Below, piece by piece: positions 19,078 through 28,786 of a stretch of 62,718 nucleotides of DNA. The translations under genes and the position numbers were made by a program. The notes under the pieces are model-generated. The model had not been told where the DNA came from. It did not search any database and saw only the letters and a list, made by a program, of their open reading frames with translations. Source of the DNA: Acidimicrobiia bacterium (GTDB lineage Bacteria > Actinomycetota > Acidimicrobiia > Spongiisociales > ZC4RG35); assembly GCA_037969415.1 (NCBI GenBank), contig JBBKXI010000212.1, positions 1 through 62,718 of the forward strand. Reading direction: 5' to 3'. Each line of letters starts with the position of its first letter. Positions within the stretch are counted from its first letter, which is position 1.

Positions 19078-19665
19078 TCAGTCGAGGTGGACGCGTAATC
19101 GGTTGTCGTCGCCACCTAGAACGGTGATGTCACCGGCGCCGCTTTTGGTTAATAACTCCGCCATAGAAGAAATGTGCTCCTCTTCGGCTTCAACCGTGAT
19201 CACGAATCCGTCGCTCTCCGTTGCATCGTGTGTTTTGACCTCGTGGGTCGTCATTTTCGTGGCGTCGTGGTCGGTGGCTCCGAGGAGCGCTCCCAGAGCA
19301 CCTCCGGTGAGGCTGCCTCCAGCAGCTCCTGCCGCGGCTGCCGCAGCAACGGCTACTGCCGTTCCGGTTCCAAGTATTACTGCAACACCGGGTGCGAGAA
19401 TGATCCCGGCCGACGCGAGGATGGCACTGGCAACACCGGTGGCCGCGCCACCGATCAAACCACCCCATGCGCCCTTCCGCGCCTCCGCAGCCGGGCCGTC
19501 GAAGTGGTCGACATAAGTCACAACCTCGATCTCCTCTTCGGAATGGACGATCTTCTCTCGCCAAACCAGGCCGATTGCTCCCTCAGCGATTCCCGCGGCG
19601 CGTAATTGGTCGATGACCGTGTCGGGGTCGTCGCGATCCTTGAAAATGCCTAGCAGTACATACAT
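19078..19665 (-). CDS. General-stress-like protein (YflT/GSP17M-like N-terminus, tentative) with glycine-zipper membrane segment
   Basis: 195 aa with N-terminus MYVLLGIFKDRDDPDTVIDQLRAAG and a central Gly/Ala-rich hydrophobic region. RBS GGAGGG. Confidence 0.55.
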   Translation of the reverse strand: MYVLLGIFKDRDDPDTVIDQLRAAGIAEGAIGLVWREKIVHSEEEIEVVTYVDHFDGPAAEARKGAWGGLIGGAATGVASAILASAGIILAPGVAVILGTGTAVAVAAAAAAGAAGGSLTGGALGALLGATDHDATKMTTHEVKTHDATESDGFVITVEAEEEHISSMAELLTKSGAGDITVLGGDDNRLRVHLD

Positions 19666-19693
19666 CGAAGCCCTCCGATTAGATATCGGCCAC

Positions 19694-19719
19694 CTACCCC
19701 GATTCCATGAATTCTAATC
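19694..19719 (-). promoter_or_regulatory. Weaker SigB/SigF-type promoter candidate
   Basis: On the minus strand: GATTAG-N14-GGGTAG, about 25 nt upstream of the 19665 start. Confidence 0.3.
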
Positions 19720-19729
19720 CGATGACGAT

Positions 19730-20593
19730 TCAGCGTTCCGTAAATGGGTTTTCCCCGTGGAGATCGTGGGGGCTCGATTCGGGGTGCCCGGAACGCTCGC
19801 GATGGATGTGACGGCCCGGGACCGGGGCGTGGGCGTGATCATCAACCAGGGCCTCTCCTCCGTCGAGATGCAACATCGAAGACCCGTACGCCGCCGCAAG
19901 ATTCTCCGGGGTGAGCACAAGGTCGGGGCTTCCTTCCGCGACCACGACACCGTTCAACAGGATCACGTGATCGGCCACGGATGCCTCCGACAGGTCGTGG
20001 GTGGTCAGGACCACAGAACAGCCGTCGGCGATCTCGTCGTGGATAACTTCATCTATCGCTTGCGCGGCGACAATGTCGATACCAGAAAGGGGTTCGTCAA
20101 GCAGCAGGATGTCGTGGTCCTGGGCGAGACCCTGTGACACCATCACCCGCTGTCGTTGTCCTCCAGAAAGCTGTTGGAGGTGGTGGCTGGAGATACTCTC
20201 AATATTGGTTCGCTTCATAGCCTTCTCCACGGCCTCCAGATCCTCGGCACCGAGACGCCGGAATCGGGCCACATCTGCGTAGCGCCCCATCGCGACCACC
20301 TCGCGAACCGTTACCGGGAGCACGTCGTTGACCTTGGTGCTTTGAAGGACATAGGAGATCTGAGGCTTGTTCTCGCCGGCCGCGGGAAAGAGAATGGTCC
20401 CCGAGTCGGGTTCGATGAGCCCGGCAATCGCGCTCAATAGGGTCGACTTCCCCGACCCATTGGGCCCGATGATGGCTGTGATGCCAGCTGGAGGAATCGT
20501 GAAATTCGAACGCCGGATCGCAATGTGGTCCTGGTATCCGACAACGACGTCTTTGCCCACAATTGCCTGTGATTTTATTGACATTTCTGACAT
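19730..20593 (-). CDS. Metal (Zn/Mn-type) ABC transporter ATP-binding protein with His-rich C-terminal tail
   Basis: Walker A GPNGSGKST, signature LSGGQRQR, Walker B ILLLDEP. The tail HAHAPVPGRHIHRERSGHPESSPHDLH is His-rich. The start may be the second ATG at 20584. Confidence 0.85.
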   Translation of the reverse strand: MSEMSIKSQAIVGKDVVVGYQDHIAIRRSNFTIPPAGITAIIGPNGSGKSTLLSAIAGLIEPDSGTILFPAAGENKPQISYVLQSTKVNDVLPVTVREVVAMGRYADVARFRRLGAEDLEAVEKAMKRTNIESISSHHLQQLSGGQRQRVMVSQGLAQDHDILLLDEPLSGIDIVAAQAIDEVIHDEIADGCSVVLTTHDLSEASVADHVILLNGVVVAEGSPDLVLTPENLAAAYGSSMLHLDGGEALVDDHAHAPVPGRHIHRERSGHPESSPHDLHGENPFTER

Positions 20594-21015
20594 TTCCCCT
20601 CGATCTCGAGGGCATGGTTGCTTTCGATGAACGACGACCTTCCGGTGATCTCGGTAACTATTGCCTGAAGACGCATCTCGACCTCATCGGTGGTCTCGAC
20701 ATCTTCGACTTGCCCACACGCCACACACACCAGGTGGTGGTGATGTCCACCCAGCCATTCGGCCAACTCGTAGCGCGTAACGCCCGGAGACGAGAAGTGT
20801 GGTGTGACGATTTCTGCCACCTCCAGCACAGCAAGGGTCCGGTACAGAGAGGAAAGCGGAACTAGCGGCCCCAATTGGTCGCTCAATTCGGTGGCAGAGC
20901 GAGGGCCATCTGCGTCGCTCAGTGCTCGAACGACTTCCCGGCGGCCGGCCGTATATCGAACGTCGTCCTCGCCGAGTCGGCTCGACACCTGTTTGTCCAG
21001 ACTTGACTTGACCAT
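20575..21015 (-). CDS. Fur-family metalloregulator (Zur/Mur-like)
   Basis: 146 aa with HHHHLVCVACGQVEDV and a C-terminal CQKCQ (two CxxC pairs). The winged-helix N-terminus is typical of the Fur family. Confidence 0.85.
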   Translation of the reverse strand: MVKSSLDKQVSSRLGEDDVRYTAGRREVVRALSDADGPRSATELSDQLGPLVPLSSLYRTLAVLEVAEIVTPHFSSPGVTRYELAEWLGGHHHHLVCVACGQVEDVETTDEVEMRLQAIVTEITGRSSFIESNHALEIEGKCQKCQ

Positions 21016-21028
21016 TTCCTGCCTAAAT

Positions 21029-21068
21029 GATTATGGTTCTCATTATTATAATAACTATTCTCATTATC
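21029..21068. promoter_or_regulatory. Two tandem Fur-box-like operators in the divergent intergenic region
   Basis: Reverse complements AATAATGAGAACCATAATC (21029-21047) and GATAATGAGAATAGTTATT (21050-21068) each match GATAATGATAATCATTATC at 15 of 19 positions. Centres are 21 bp apart. This is the only strongly AT-rich patch in the area. Confidence 0.55.
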
Positions 21069-21091
21069 AACAACTTGGTGAGAGACAGCAA

Positions 21092-22012
21092 ATGAAACGC
21101 TTGCCTCGTACCGGTCTCTATCCGCTGGTGGCGGTCGCAACCTTGTCGTTGCTTGTTTCGGCCTGCGGCGACAGCCAACCGGTCAACCCGGACCAGTTGT
21201 CGATTGTCGTGAGTACCAGCATCCTCGGTGATGTTGTCGAGAACATCGTGGACGAAAAGGCGAGTGTGGAGGTTTTGATACCTGTCGGATCCGACTCCCA
21301 TGACTATTCGGCTTCGTCTGCCCAGGTGGCCGCACTACACCGGGCCGACCTGGTGATACTCAACGGTTTAGGACTGGAGGAGGGGATGAGTGACCTCGTG
21401 GAAGGGCTCGTCGCCGACGGGATCGAAGTTTTCGAGATCGCACCACTTCTGGATCCGCTTCCTTTTCGAGAAGTCGGTTCGCAAAGTTCGGACCCACACG
21501 TCTGGATGGACCCCTTACGAATGGCAGAAGGAACGAAGCTGATCGCCATGGAACTGTCGAGAATCGCTCCCGACCAGGACTGGACGGCAGGAGCGGAATC
21601 GTATGCAGCCGAAATTCAGGAGCTGGATAGCGAGATCGTGAAGATCCTCGAGGTGGTGCCGAGCACTCAGCGGGTGATGGTCACCAATCACAACTCGTTT
21701 GCCTACTTTGCAGACCGCTACGACTTCGAGGTGATCGGAACTGTCATCCCGGGTGGGTCGACCCTTGATGACCCCAGTTCAGCTGAGCTGGCGCAACTCG
21801 TCGCCGTAATGCGCGAAACCAACACGAAAGTGATCTTTGGCGAAACAACGCGACCGGACACGCTCGCTCGCGCGGTGGCCGGCGAGTTGGGTGAAGAGGT
21901 GAAAGTCGTTGACCTCTATACAGAATCACTCGGTGTTTCCGATTCCGACGCTGACACCTACATCGGGATGCTTCGAGCCAACGCCCAGCTGGTCGCCGGA
22001 TCTCTTTCCTAA
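21092..22012 (+). CDS. Metal ABC transporter substrate-binding lipoprotein (ZnuA/TroA cluster A-I)
   Basis: MKRLPRTGLYPLVAVATLSLLVSACGD lipobox, with DSHDY and DPHVWMDP metal-ligand contexts. Start moved from 20804 to the ATG at 21092 to avoid overlapping the Fur-family gene. Confidence 0.85.
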   Translation: MKRLPRTGLYPLVAVATLSLLVSACGDSQPVNPDQLSIVVSTSILGDVVENIVDEKASVEVLIPVGSDSHDYSASSAQVAALHRADLVILNGLGLEEGMSDLVEGLVADGIEVFEIAPLLDPLPFREVGSQSSDPHVWMDPLRMAEGTKLIAMELSRIAPDQDWTAGAESYAAEIQELDSEIVKILEVVPSTQRVMVTNHNSFAYFADRYDFEVIGTVIPGGSTLDDPSSAELAQLVAVMRETNTKVIFGETTRPDTLARAVAGELGEEVKVVDLYTESLGVSDSDADTYIGMLRANAQLVAGSLS

Positions 22013-22021
22013 CCTGACGAT

Positions 22022-22870
22022 ATGGACTGGCTCGTCGACCCATTTGCACTTGCTTTTCAGCAAAGGGCTTTTATCGGAAGCTCGTTGGCGGCGGTGGCAC
22101 TTGCCCTGGTGGGGACATGGGTTGTCATCCGGGGCATGACGTTTCTCGGTGACGCCCTCGTCCACGGTGTGATTCCTGGCATCGCTCTGGCGATCCTTTT
22201 CGATTTCAATGTCTTGCTGGGTGCTGGTCTGGCCGCCGGTGTGATGATCGTCGGGATCAATTTGGTCCACCGACAGACCACCTTTTCAGAAGACACCGGA
22301 ATCGGCCTGCTCTTCGTCGGAATGCTCGCCCTGGGAGTGATCATCATCTCGACCACGGCGTCCTATCAGGGGAGCCTTACCGGGATTCTGTTCGGAGACG
22401 CCCTCGGCATCACCACGGGTGACATTGTCACCTTGATGATTGTGCTCGGCCTGACTCTGACGGTCACATTGGTTTTCTATCGTTCCTTTCTCGTCCTTTC
22501 CTTCAATGAGTTGAAGGCTCAGCTGTTAGGATTTCGACCCCGCGCCGCTCACTTCATGATGCTGGCAATGATCACGTTGGCCATCGTGTCGTCATTCCAA
22601 ACGGTGGGCACCCTGCTGGTATTTGGGTTGCTGGTCGGGCCACCGGCCACAGCTGTCCTCCTGGCCCGCCGACTGCCGGTGATAATGATCACCGCCGCCA
22701 TCATCGGCGTGCTTTCGGTGGTTGTCGGGCTCGTGATCAGTTATCACGCCGATACATCGGGTTCGGCGACTATGGCCCTTGTGCCGATCGTGCTGTTCTT
22801 CGTCGTGCTCACCGTCAAGAGCCTCAGGCCGAGACGAATCGCATCGATCCCCGCCGGGAGAACAAGCTAG
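22022..22870 (+). CDS. Metal ABC transporter permease (ZnuB/MntC-like)
   Basis: 282 aa, polytopic, with typical ABC-3 family composition. Confidence 0.85.
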   Translation: MDWLVDPFALAFQQRAFIGSSLAAVALALVGTWVVIRGMTFLGDALVHGVIPGIALAILFDFNVLLGAGLAAGVMIVGINLVHRQTTFSEDTGIGLLFVGMLALGVIIISTTASYQGSLTGILFGDALGITTGDIVTLMIVLGLTLTVTLVFYRSFLVLSFNELKAQLLGFRPRAAHFMMLAMITLAIVSSFQTVGTLLVFGLLVGPPATAVLLARRLPVIMITAAIIGVLSVVVGLVISYHADTSGSATMALVPIVLFFVVLTVKSLRPRRIASIPAGRTS

Positions 22871-22875
22871 CGTCG

Positions 22876-23658
22876 TCAACTGGCGACGGCTTTGCGGACC
22901 ACCGTGTCGCGTTCTCGGATTTCAATTACTTCGAATCCGCGCTCCAGGAACATGGTCATAGGCCCTCGAAAGTTGCCGCTGTCGACATCTGGCGCCTCAT
23001 TGAACGGGTACGCCTCTACCCACTTCGCATCGCGGTCACGAGCATCGTCGACAACCCTATCGAGAAGGGTGGCCGCGACACTGTGCCGTCGATACGGCGG
23101 GGCGACGATGAAACATGAGATCCCGACCACGGAGTCTGCAGCCGGGCCCGAAGGGTCGACGCTGCCATATAACGCGTAGCTACTTCGCTTGGATGCGTTA
23201 ACCCACCCGATGGGGCGATCGCCCTGGTAAGCGAGATATCCGAAGGCGACTCCATCCTTCAGTAGCGAGACCATATCCATTCGATTCTCAGTCCAGGAAG
23301 TTGCATCGTCGTGAAGAGGGCCGTCGGGATCGCGGACATGTGGTTCGAGGCAATAGCAAGCCGCCCACTCCGGTGTACCAACAAAAGCATCGTGGTCGAA
23401 AAAGCTGAGCCAGTCATCGATGAGATCGGTCGTTACCTCCTTGACTGCTATCGGACCTACCTCATCAAGGCGTTCGGCGGGGCCGGTCAATCTTTGCGTG
23501 GCCTCGGCGTAGTTGCGGATCGCCTGATCTGGATAGGGCCAGTCGTGGGCAGTTCGGGCATGAGCGACGAACGCGTCTGCGAGTTGAGCAAGCTCGGCTG
23601 CCGATATCTCTGATCCGCATTCGAAACATGAGAGGTCCATAGGTCGAGGATAATCCAC
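22876..23658 (-). CDS. GNAT-family acetyltransferase with extra N-terminal domain
   Basis: C-terminal ISCFIVAPPYRRHSVAATLLDRVVDDA is a GNAT motif A-like segment. The N-terminal roughly 100 aa are of unknown fold. Confidence 0.65.
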   Translation of the reverse strand: MDYPRPMDLSCFECGSEISAAELAQLADAFVAHARTAHDWPYPDQAIRNYAEATQRLTGPAERLDEVGPIAVKEVTTDLIDDWLSFFDHDAFVGTPEWAACYCLEPHVRDPDGPLHDDATSWTENRMDMVSLLKDGVAFGYLAYQGDRPIGWVNASKRSSYALYGSVDPSGPAADSVVGISCFIVAPPYRRHSVAATLLDRVVDDARDRDAKWVEAYPFNEAPDVDSGNFRGPMTMFLERGFEVIEIRERDTVVRKAVAS

Positions 23659-23724
23659 GCCGATGGGGCCCGATTCGGACAGCGGTGCCCGGGAGCCGGC
23701 CGGTTGCCCAGCAGTTCGATGTTG

Positions 23725-25041
23725 TCATTCGCGCCGGCCACTCGCAGCTTTCTGGAGGTCGCCTTGGGCCGCCGCCCTGGTGAGAGCAACCCGGATGGCA
23801 AATGCGGTGATCGATGCCAAAGCAATCGCCCCAAACACCTCGAGTCCGGACTGGATCATGATCGCCGTCAACACTGCCATCGACAACGGGAGCAGTGCCA
23901 TCGCGGCCCCCAACGATGACATCATTGCTCCAATGGCCAGAGCCAATGGGATTCCGGGAATCAGAAGGTGGACCGCGATTCCCAACACCGATCCGATGAA
24001 GAAGGTGGGAAAGATCGGACCCCCAAAGAAGCCACCTCCCAAGCTGAACCCAAGCGCGGCCGCTTTGAAGATGGCCAGAACAACCAACATCACAACCCCG
24101 AAGCGCTCGAAGTTATCGAGAATGACGGGTAGCGCAGTCTGTCCGGAAAAGAGGGTTAGGGGCAAGGCATAGGCGATGAGGCCTACGGCGAGACCGCCGA
24201 TTAGCCCGCGGCGAACTGGTGTGTTGTCCAACGGCTTCATCACGCCAACAAGCCCAACGGTTATCTTGCCGATGACCGAGGCGGCGAGAGCGCCAAGCAC
24301 CCCCAAGCCCACCGCCGCCAGGAGCATCCAGGAGGCGAAATCGGCCTGCGGGATAGTCAACAAACCGGCGAAAGGTGCTCCGACTATCGGCCACATGATG
24401 CCGAAGGAGACCGATCCGGCGATGACACCTGGAACGAGGTTGGTGTAGTAGTAGTTATGGGTCTGGTCGTGCTCGAGTTCGAACGCAAGCAGAGGTCCAC
24501 CGATGGGAGTCGATAGCAGGCCCCCGAAAGCACCGCTCATTCCAATAAAGGTCATCCGTCGAACACTTTCCTGATCACCTTTGGTCCGGCGTGCCAGCCA
24601 GGTCCCGGCCGCCCCGCCGGCAGCCCCCAGAGGAGCCTCAGGCCCGAGCGATGGACCGGAGATGAGCGAGATAATTGCGATGCCGATTGCACCGGGTGTC
24701 GTCTTGGGTTCGACCTCCCCGTTTTGGAGATCTTCGATGAAGCCGGGATAGCGTAAGGGCAGGTTGAACACCTGATAGACCAGGCCAACCACCAGCCCGC
24801 CGACCACCGGAATCAGAATGTTCAGATAGGTGCCGCTGAACCAGCCTCCGGTAGCCCAATCGTCTCCCCAAAGGACTTCGGTGAGAAGTTCGACGCCGAG
24901 CAGATATGCAACTCCGAACAACCCGGTGAATGCGCCGAGACCGATTGAATGCAGGATGATCCTGGAATATCGCTCGGTGGATCCCGTCGATGTCCCCGGG
25001 TCAGACCGACTGTCGCCCGGGTCATTTTCCATCGTCGCCAC
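23725..25041 (-). CDS. ClC-family chloride channel/antiporter
   Basis: 438 aa with the selectivity-filter-like GPSLGPEAP and GGFFGGPIFP. Confidence 0.85.
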   Translation of the reverse strand: MATMENDPGDSRSDPGTSTGSTERYSRIILHSIGLGAFTGLFGVAYLLGVELLTEVLWGDDWATGGWFSGTYLNILIPVVGGLVVGLVYQVFNLPLRYPGFIEDLQNGEVEPKTTPGAIGIAIISLISGPSLGPEAPLGAAGGAAGTWLARRTKGDQESVRRMTFIGMSGAFGGLLSTPIGGPLLAFELEHDQTHNYYYTNLVPGVIAGSVSFGIMWPIVGAPFAGLLTIPQADFASWMLLAAVGLGVLGALAASVIGKITVGLVGVMKPLDNTPVRRGLIGGLAVGLIAYALPLTLFSGQTALPVILDNFERFGVVMLVVLAIFKAAALGFSLGGGFFGGPIFPTFFIGSVLGIAVHLLIPGIPLALAIGAMMSSLGAAMALLPLSMAVLTAIMIQSGLEVFGAIALASITAFAIRVALTRAAAQGDLQKAASGRRE

Positions 25042-25180
25042 TACATACCGTTCCTGCCATTGACGCCACGCTTGCCCCGGATTGTCACCGGGGAAATCAT
25101 CGGCCGGAATCAGACTGTCCCCGACCGCCGAATGATCGTACCGGTGCGTTACAAGGTGGGCCTATGACTGTTAGCCTTTT

Positions 25181-26041
25181 TTGATGTCCGACACTCTTGC
25201 CGCACTTGCCAACGTCGCCATTATCGCCTTTGTCCTAGCGTCCATGGTGTCGCTCGGGCTGTCGTTGACTATGAAGCAGATAGTCGAGCCGTTGACCAAT
25301 GTCCGGCTGGTGGTCATGGGACTGGTCGCAAATTTCGTGATCGCCCCTGCCGCGGCCTGGGGAGTGGCCGAACTTATGGGTCTGGACGAAAATCTCACCC
25401 TTGGTTTGCTCCTCCTTGGAACGGCTGCGGGTGCCCCGTTCCTGCCCAAACTTGCCCAACTTGCCCATGGAGACGTTGCGTATTCGGTGGGGCTGATGGT
25501 CATGCTTATGGTGGTAACAGTCGTGTATATCCCTGTGGTGTTGGTTCCATTGCTCGACGGCGTGACGGTATCGGCATGGGACATCGCTAAGCCGCTGGTG
25601 TTCGGAATGCTCTTGCCCCTGGCGATAGCGTTGGCCGTGCGCGCCCGCTATGAAGAGTCGGCAAGATTCGCACCCCATCTCAACCAGATTTCAACGGTGT
25701 CGTTGGCTCTCGCGTTGGTGATCGCGTTGATTCTGGGTTTACCCCAACTGATCGACGCCTTCGGCACGGGTGCCTTTGTCGCAGTGTTGCTCTTTATGGC
25801 GATCTGCTTCGCCGCCGGTTGGTTGCTGAGCGGGAATGACCGGGGCCAGCGATGGGTCAGCGCATTCGGGACCACTCAGCGCAACGTTTCCGCTGCGCTT
25901 CTCATCGCAACAACCAGTTTCGCCGGGAAACCCGAGGTTTTGGTCCTGGTGATGGTTGGCGCCGTATTGATGGGAGCTGTCCTGTTGCCACTTGCCGCCG
26001 AAGTGGGGAAAAAGAGCTCATCTGCCGCTGCGGCGGCCTGA
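25181..26041 (+). CDS. Bile acid:sodium symporter (BASS)-family transporter
   Basis: 286 aa, polytopic, BASS/ACR3-like organisation. The start could be the ATG at 25184. Confidence 0.75.
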   Translation: MMSDTLAALANVAIIAFVLASMVSLGLSLTMKQIVEPLTNVRLVVMGLVANFVIAPAAAWGVAELMGLDENLTLGLLLLGTAAGAPFLPKLAQLAHGDVAYSVGLMVMLMVVTVVYIPVVLVPLLDGVTVSAWDIAKPLVFGMLLPLAIALAVRARYEESARFAPHLNQISTVSLALALVIALILGLPQLIDAFGTGAFVAVLLFMAICFAAGWLLSGNDRGQRWVSAFGTTQRNVSAALLIATTSFAGKPEVLVLVMVGAVLMGAVLLPLAAEVGKKSSSAAAAA

Positions 26042-26118
26042 GCCGACGCCACCCGGCCCCGCCCAAGCACAGCGTCGAATTCTCGCCGCCGCCGCTATTG
26101 CGTAAACTGGTTGTGCCA

Positions 26119-26191
26119 GGGGACGTAGCTCAGTTGGCAGAGCACCGGCTTTGCAAGCCGGGGGTCGTGGGTTCAAATCCCATCGTCTCCA
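26119..26191 (+). tRNA. tRNA-Ala (anticodon UGC)
   Basis: Hand-folded, with the G3:U70 identity pair, anticodon loop TTTGCAA and T-loop TTCAAAT. Confidence 0.9.
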
Positions 26192-26248
26192 CTTTGGGAA
26201 GAAGCGCCATCGACGTTGCGTTGATGTGTTCATAGCGAAGGAGTAACC

Positions 26249-27427
26249 ATGCCCAATGCCGTGATTGTCGACGCAGTACGAACCCCCACCGGACGTCGCA
26301 ACGGGGTGTACAAGAATATCCACGCCGTTGACCTGGCCGCGATACCTCTGCGCGCATTGGTCGAACGGAACAATCTCGATCCGATGTTGATTGATGATGT
26401 GATCATGGGCAACGTATCCCAGACCGGAGAGCAGGCCTACAACATCGGTCGTAACGCGGCGCTTGCTGCCGGTTTCCCGGAAGAAGTCCCCGGAGTCACC
26501 ATTGATCGCCAATGTGGATCGTCGCAGCAATCGGCCCATTTCGCAGCTCAGGCGATCATGGCTGGCGCCCAGGACATCGTCATTGCTGCCGGCGTCGAGC
26601 ACATGACACGGGTTCCGATGGGTATCACCGCGGAGCAAGGTCCTGGCCTCCCGTTCGGGCCTCTCATGTTGGAGCGCTACGCACAGGGTCTCGTTCCGCA
26701 GGGGATTTCCGCCGAGATGATCGCTGACAAGTGGGGGATCAGCCGCGAAGAACTTGACACCCTGAGCCTTGAATCTCATCGCCGTGCTGACCAGGCAAGT
26801 ACTGAGGGAAGATTCGAAGGACAAATCATCCCGGTCGAAATCACCCGGGACAACGGGGATGTCGAACTGATATCGAGGGACGAGGGCATCCGGGCCGCTA
26901 CTTCGTTGGAGAAGCTGGCCAACCTTCAACCGGCCTTCAAAGTCGACGGTGTCGTGACAGCCGGCAACTCATCGCAGATTTCCGACGGTGCAGCGGCGGT
27001 TTTGGTCATGTCCGAGGATAAGGCGAGCGAGCTTGGCCTCACCCCTAAGGCACGATTTGTCAACTTCTCGATGGTGGGAGTCGATCCAGTGACGATGCTT
27101 ACCGGACCAATTCCGGCAACAGAGAAGGTTCTCGATCGGGCGAGCCTTGGTATCGACGACATCGACCTCTTCGAGGTCAACGAGGCCTTCGCCTCGGTGA
27201 CGGTCGCGTGGCGCATGGAGCACGGCGGCTCCGATCCGATGGCTCTTTGGGATCGGACCAACGTCAACGGTGGTGCCATCGCATTGGGCCATCCCCTCGG
27301 TGCCTCCGGAGCCCGACTTCTCACGACGCTGGTGTGGGAATTGGAGCGTATCGGCGGCCGGTACGGTCTTCAGACAATGTGCGAGGGTGGCGGCATGGCC
27401 AACGGAACCATCATCGAACGGATCTAG
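26249..27427 (+). CDS. Acetyl-CoA C-acyltransferase (thiolase)
   Basis: 392 aa with the active-site Cys context DRQCGSSQQ, NEAFA, and C-terminal CEGGGMANG. RBS GAAGGAG. Confidence 0.9.
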   Translation: MPNAVIVDAVRTPTGRRNGVYKNIHAVDLAAIPLRALVERNNLDPMLIDDVIMGNVSQTGEQAYNIGRNAALAAGFPEEVPGVTIDRQCGSSQQSAHFAAQAIMAGAQDIVIAAGVEHMTRVPMGITAEQGPGLPFGPLMLERYAQGLVPQGISAEMIADKWGISREELDTLSLESHRRADQASTEGRFEGQIIPVEITRDNGDVELISRDEGIRAATSLEKLANLQPAFKVDGVVTAGNSSQISDGAAAVLVMSEDKASELGLTPKARFVNFSMVGVDPVTMLTGPIPATEKVLDRASLGIDDIDLFEVNEAFASVTVAWRMEHGGSDPMALWDRTNVNGGAIALGHPLGASGARLLTTLVWELERIGGRYGLQTMCEGGGMANGTIIERI

Positions 27428-27620
27428 TTCCATATGCCCTGGAATTTCGGCATCTCACCAGTGGCGATCTGTCCCTACTAATGAGCGATTGAGCCGTCCC
27501 CATGTTCGGGAAATTGAATGGGGAATTCACAGCCCCACGGAAGTCGACTCGGACTTTAGGAATTTCCATTACGGCGACGACGGAGCCAATTTTCGGATTC
27601 GAGGCAACGGTCGAAGGGGT

Positions 27621-27962
27621 CTAGGCGTCTGGCTCCGGTGCGGTTGCGGCCCTGATTCGATTTCCGTCGGGGTCAACCAGTGTTACCTCTCTGCCCCACG
27701 GCTCAGCATGAATGGCCTCACCGAATTCCATGGCTATCTCGTCGATGTCATCCACCCAAAAGTAGGCAAGGGAGCGTTTTGGCGCGTCTCCCTTGTGCTC
27801 AGAGAGATAGAGCTCGACATTCCCACGCTTCAAAAACAGAAACAGTGGAAGGCCGGGAGCAAATCGGTGCTCGCCAACAACATCGAATCCGAGCCGTTTG
27901 TACCAACTAGCCGATTCGAATGCGTCGGATACGCGAAAGATGGGAACCATCACTTCGGCCAT
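27621..27962 (-). CDS. VOC/glyoxalase-bleomycin resistance family protein
   Basis: 113 aa with the single-VOC-module pattern FRVSD...YKRLGF...WGREVTLVDPDGNRI. Confidence 0.8.
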   Translation of the reverse strand: MAEVMVPIFRVSDAFESASWYKRLGFDVVGEHRFAPGLPLFLFLKRGNVELYLSEHKGDAPKRSLAYFWVDDIDEIAMEFGEAIHAEPWGREVTLVDPDGNRIRAATAPEPDA

Positions 27963-28105
27963 TATCAGAGCATTCCGACGAACGAAGCGATGTCGAAGAC
28001 GCCTTCTTCTTCGATCACAAGGACTGTTCTCTTCAAGCTGGGCTCCGGGGCCGTGTTACCAAACCCGGTCATCATACGGATGGGACCAACAAATTCAACG
28101 GAGGG

Positions 28106-28153
28106 TTGACAAGACGGTAGCGTTGACGTATATTCGTTCGGTCGAACGACCGA
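28106..28153 (+). promoter_or_regulatory. Near-consensus housekeeping promoter plus inverted-repeat operator of the TetR operon
   Basis: TTGACA (28106-28111), a 17-nt spacer, then TATATT (28129-28134). The perfect 7-2-7 inverted repeat TCGGTCG-aa-CGACCGA (28138-28153) follows immediately, ahead of the RBS and the ATG at 28172. Confidence 0.5.
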
Positions 28154-28171
28154 GAAAAGGTAAACCTGAAC

Positions 28172-28786
28172 ATGACAACTTCTGCAACGCAACACGAGAC
28201 GGCGAAAGCAATACTGAATGCGGCCAAGTCGGCTCTGGTGGCCCAGGGTTACTCCGGCCTTTCGACGAGGGGAATTGCCGAGGAGGCAGGAGTCCCATTG
28301 AGTCAGATTCATTACCACTTCGGGTCAAAACAGAATCTTGTTCTCGCCGTATTGGATCGTGAAAACCAGCGGCTCCTTGATCGTCAGGTGGAGATGTTCG
28401 AATCCGAACTCCCGGTGTGGCAGCAATGGGAGATGGCTTGCGATTTCCTCGAGTCCGATCTCGAGTCGGGATATGTGAGGGTGCTCCATGAAATGATCGC
28501 TGCTGGCTGGTCCGACCCTGTTATTGCCGATGTGGTGTGGCGCCAGTTGCGAGGTTGGCACGACTTGTTGGAATCGGTCGCCCGTCGTGCCGAGACCCGC
28601 TTCGGAGGCCTCGGTCCTTTCACACCCAAGGAGATCGCCGCTCTGGCAGGGTTTCCATTTATCGGAGCGGAGGCCTACCTACTTCTCGGAGTACCTGAGA
28701 AGGAATTGCCGGCAAGAACTGCTTTGAGGAAGGTCGGGCACGTAATCAGGCTGATGGAGGAGGCGGCTGGGAATGAGAGCACGTAA
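28172..28786 (+). CDS. TetR/AcrR-family transcriptional regulator
   Basis: N-terminal HTH LSTRGIAEEAGVPLSQIHYHFGSKQNL. Confidence 0.9.
   Translation: MTTSATQHETAKAILNAAKSALVAQGYSGLSTRGIAEEAGVPLSQIHYHFGSKQNLVLAVLDRENQRLLDRQVEMFESELPVWQQWEMACDFLESDLESGYVRVLHEMIAAGWSDPVIADVVWRQLRGWHDLLESVARRAETRFGGLGPFTPKEIAALAGFPFIGAEAYLLLGVPEKELPARTALRKVGHVIRLMEEAAGNEST

Noticed and set aside
26018-26929. 303-aa minus-strand ORF spanning tRNA-Ala and the 5' part of the thiolase gene
   Set aside because: It runs through a tRNA gene and is antisense to a thiolase with an intact active site, so it is spurious.
27270-28109. 279-aa plus-strand ORF bridging the thiolase end, an intergenic region and the VOC gene
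   Set aside because: It overlaps two well-supported genes and a promoter region, and has no recognisable domain.
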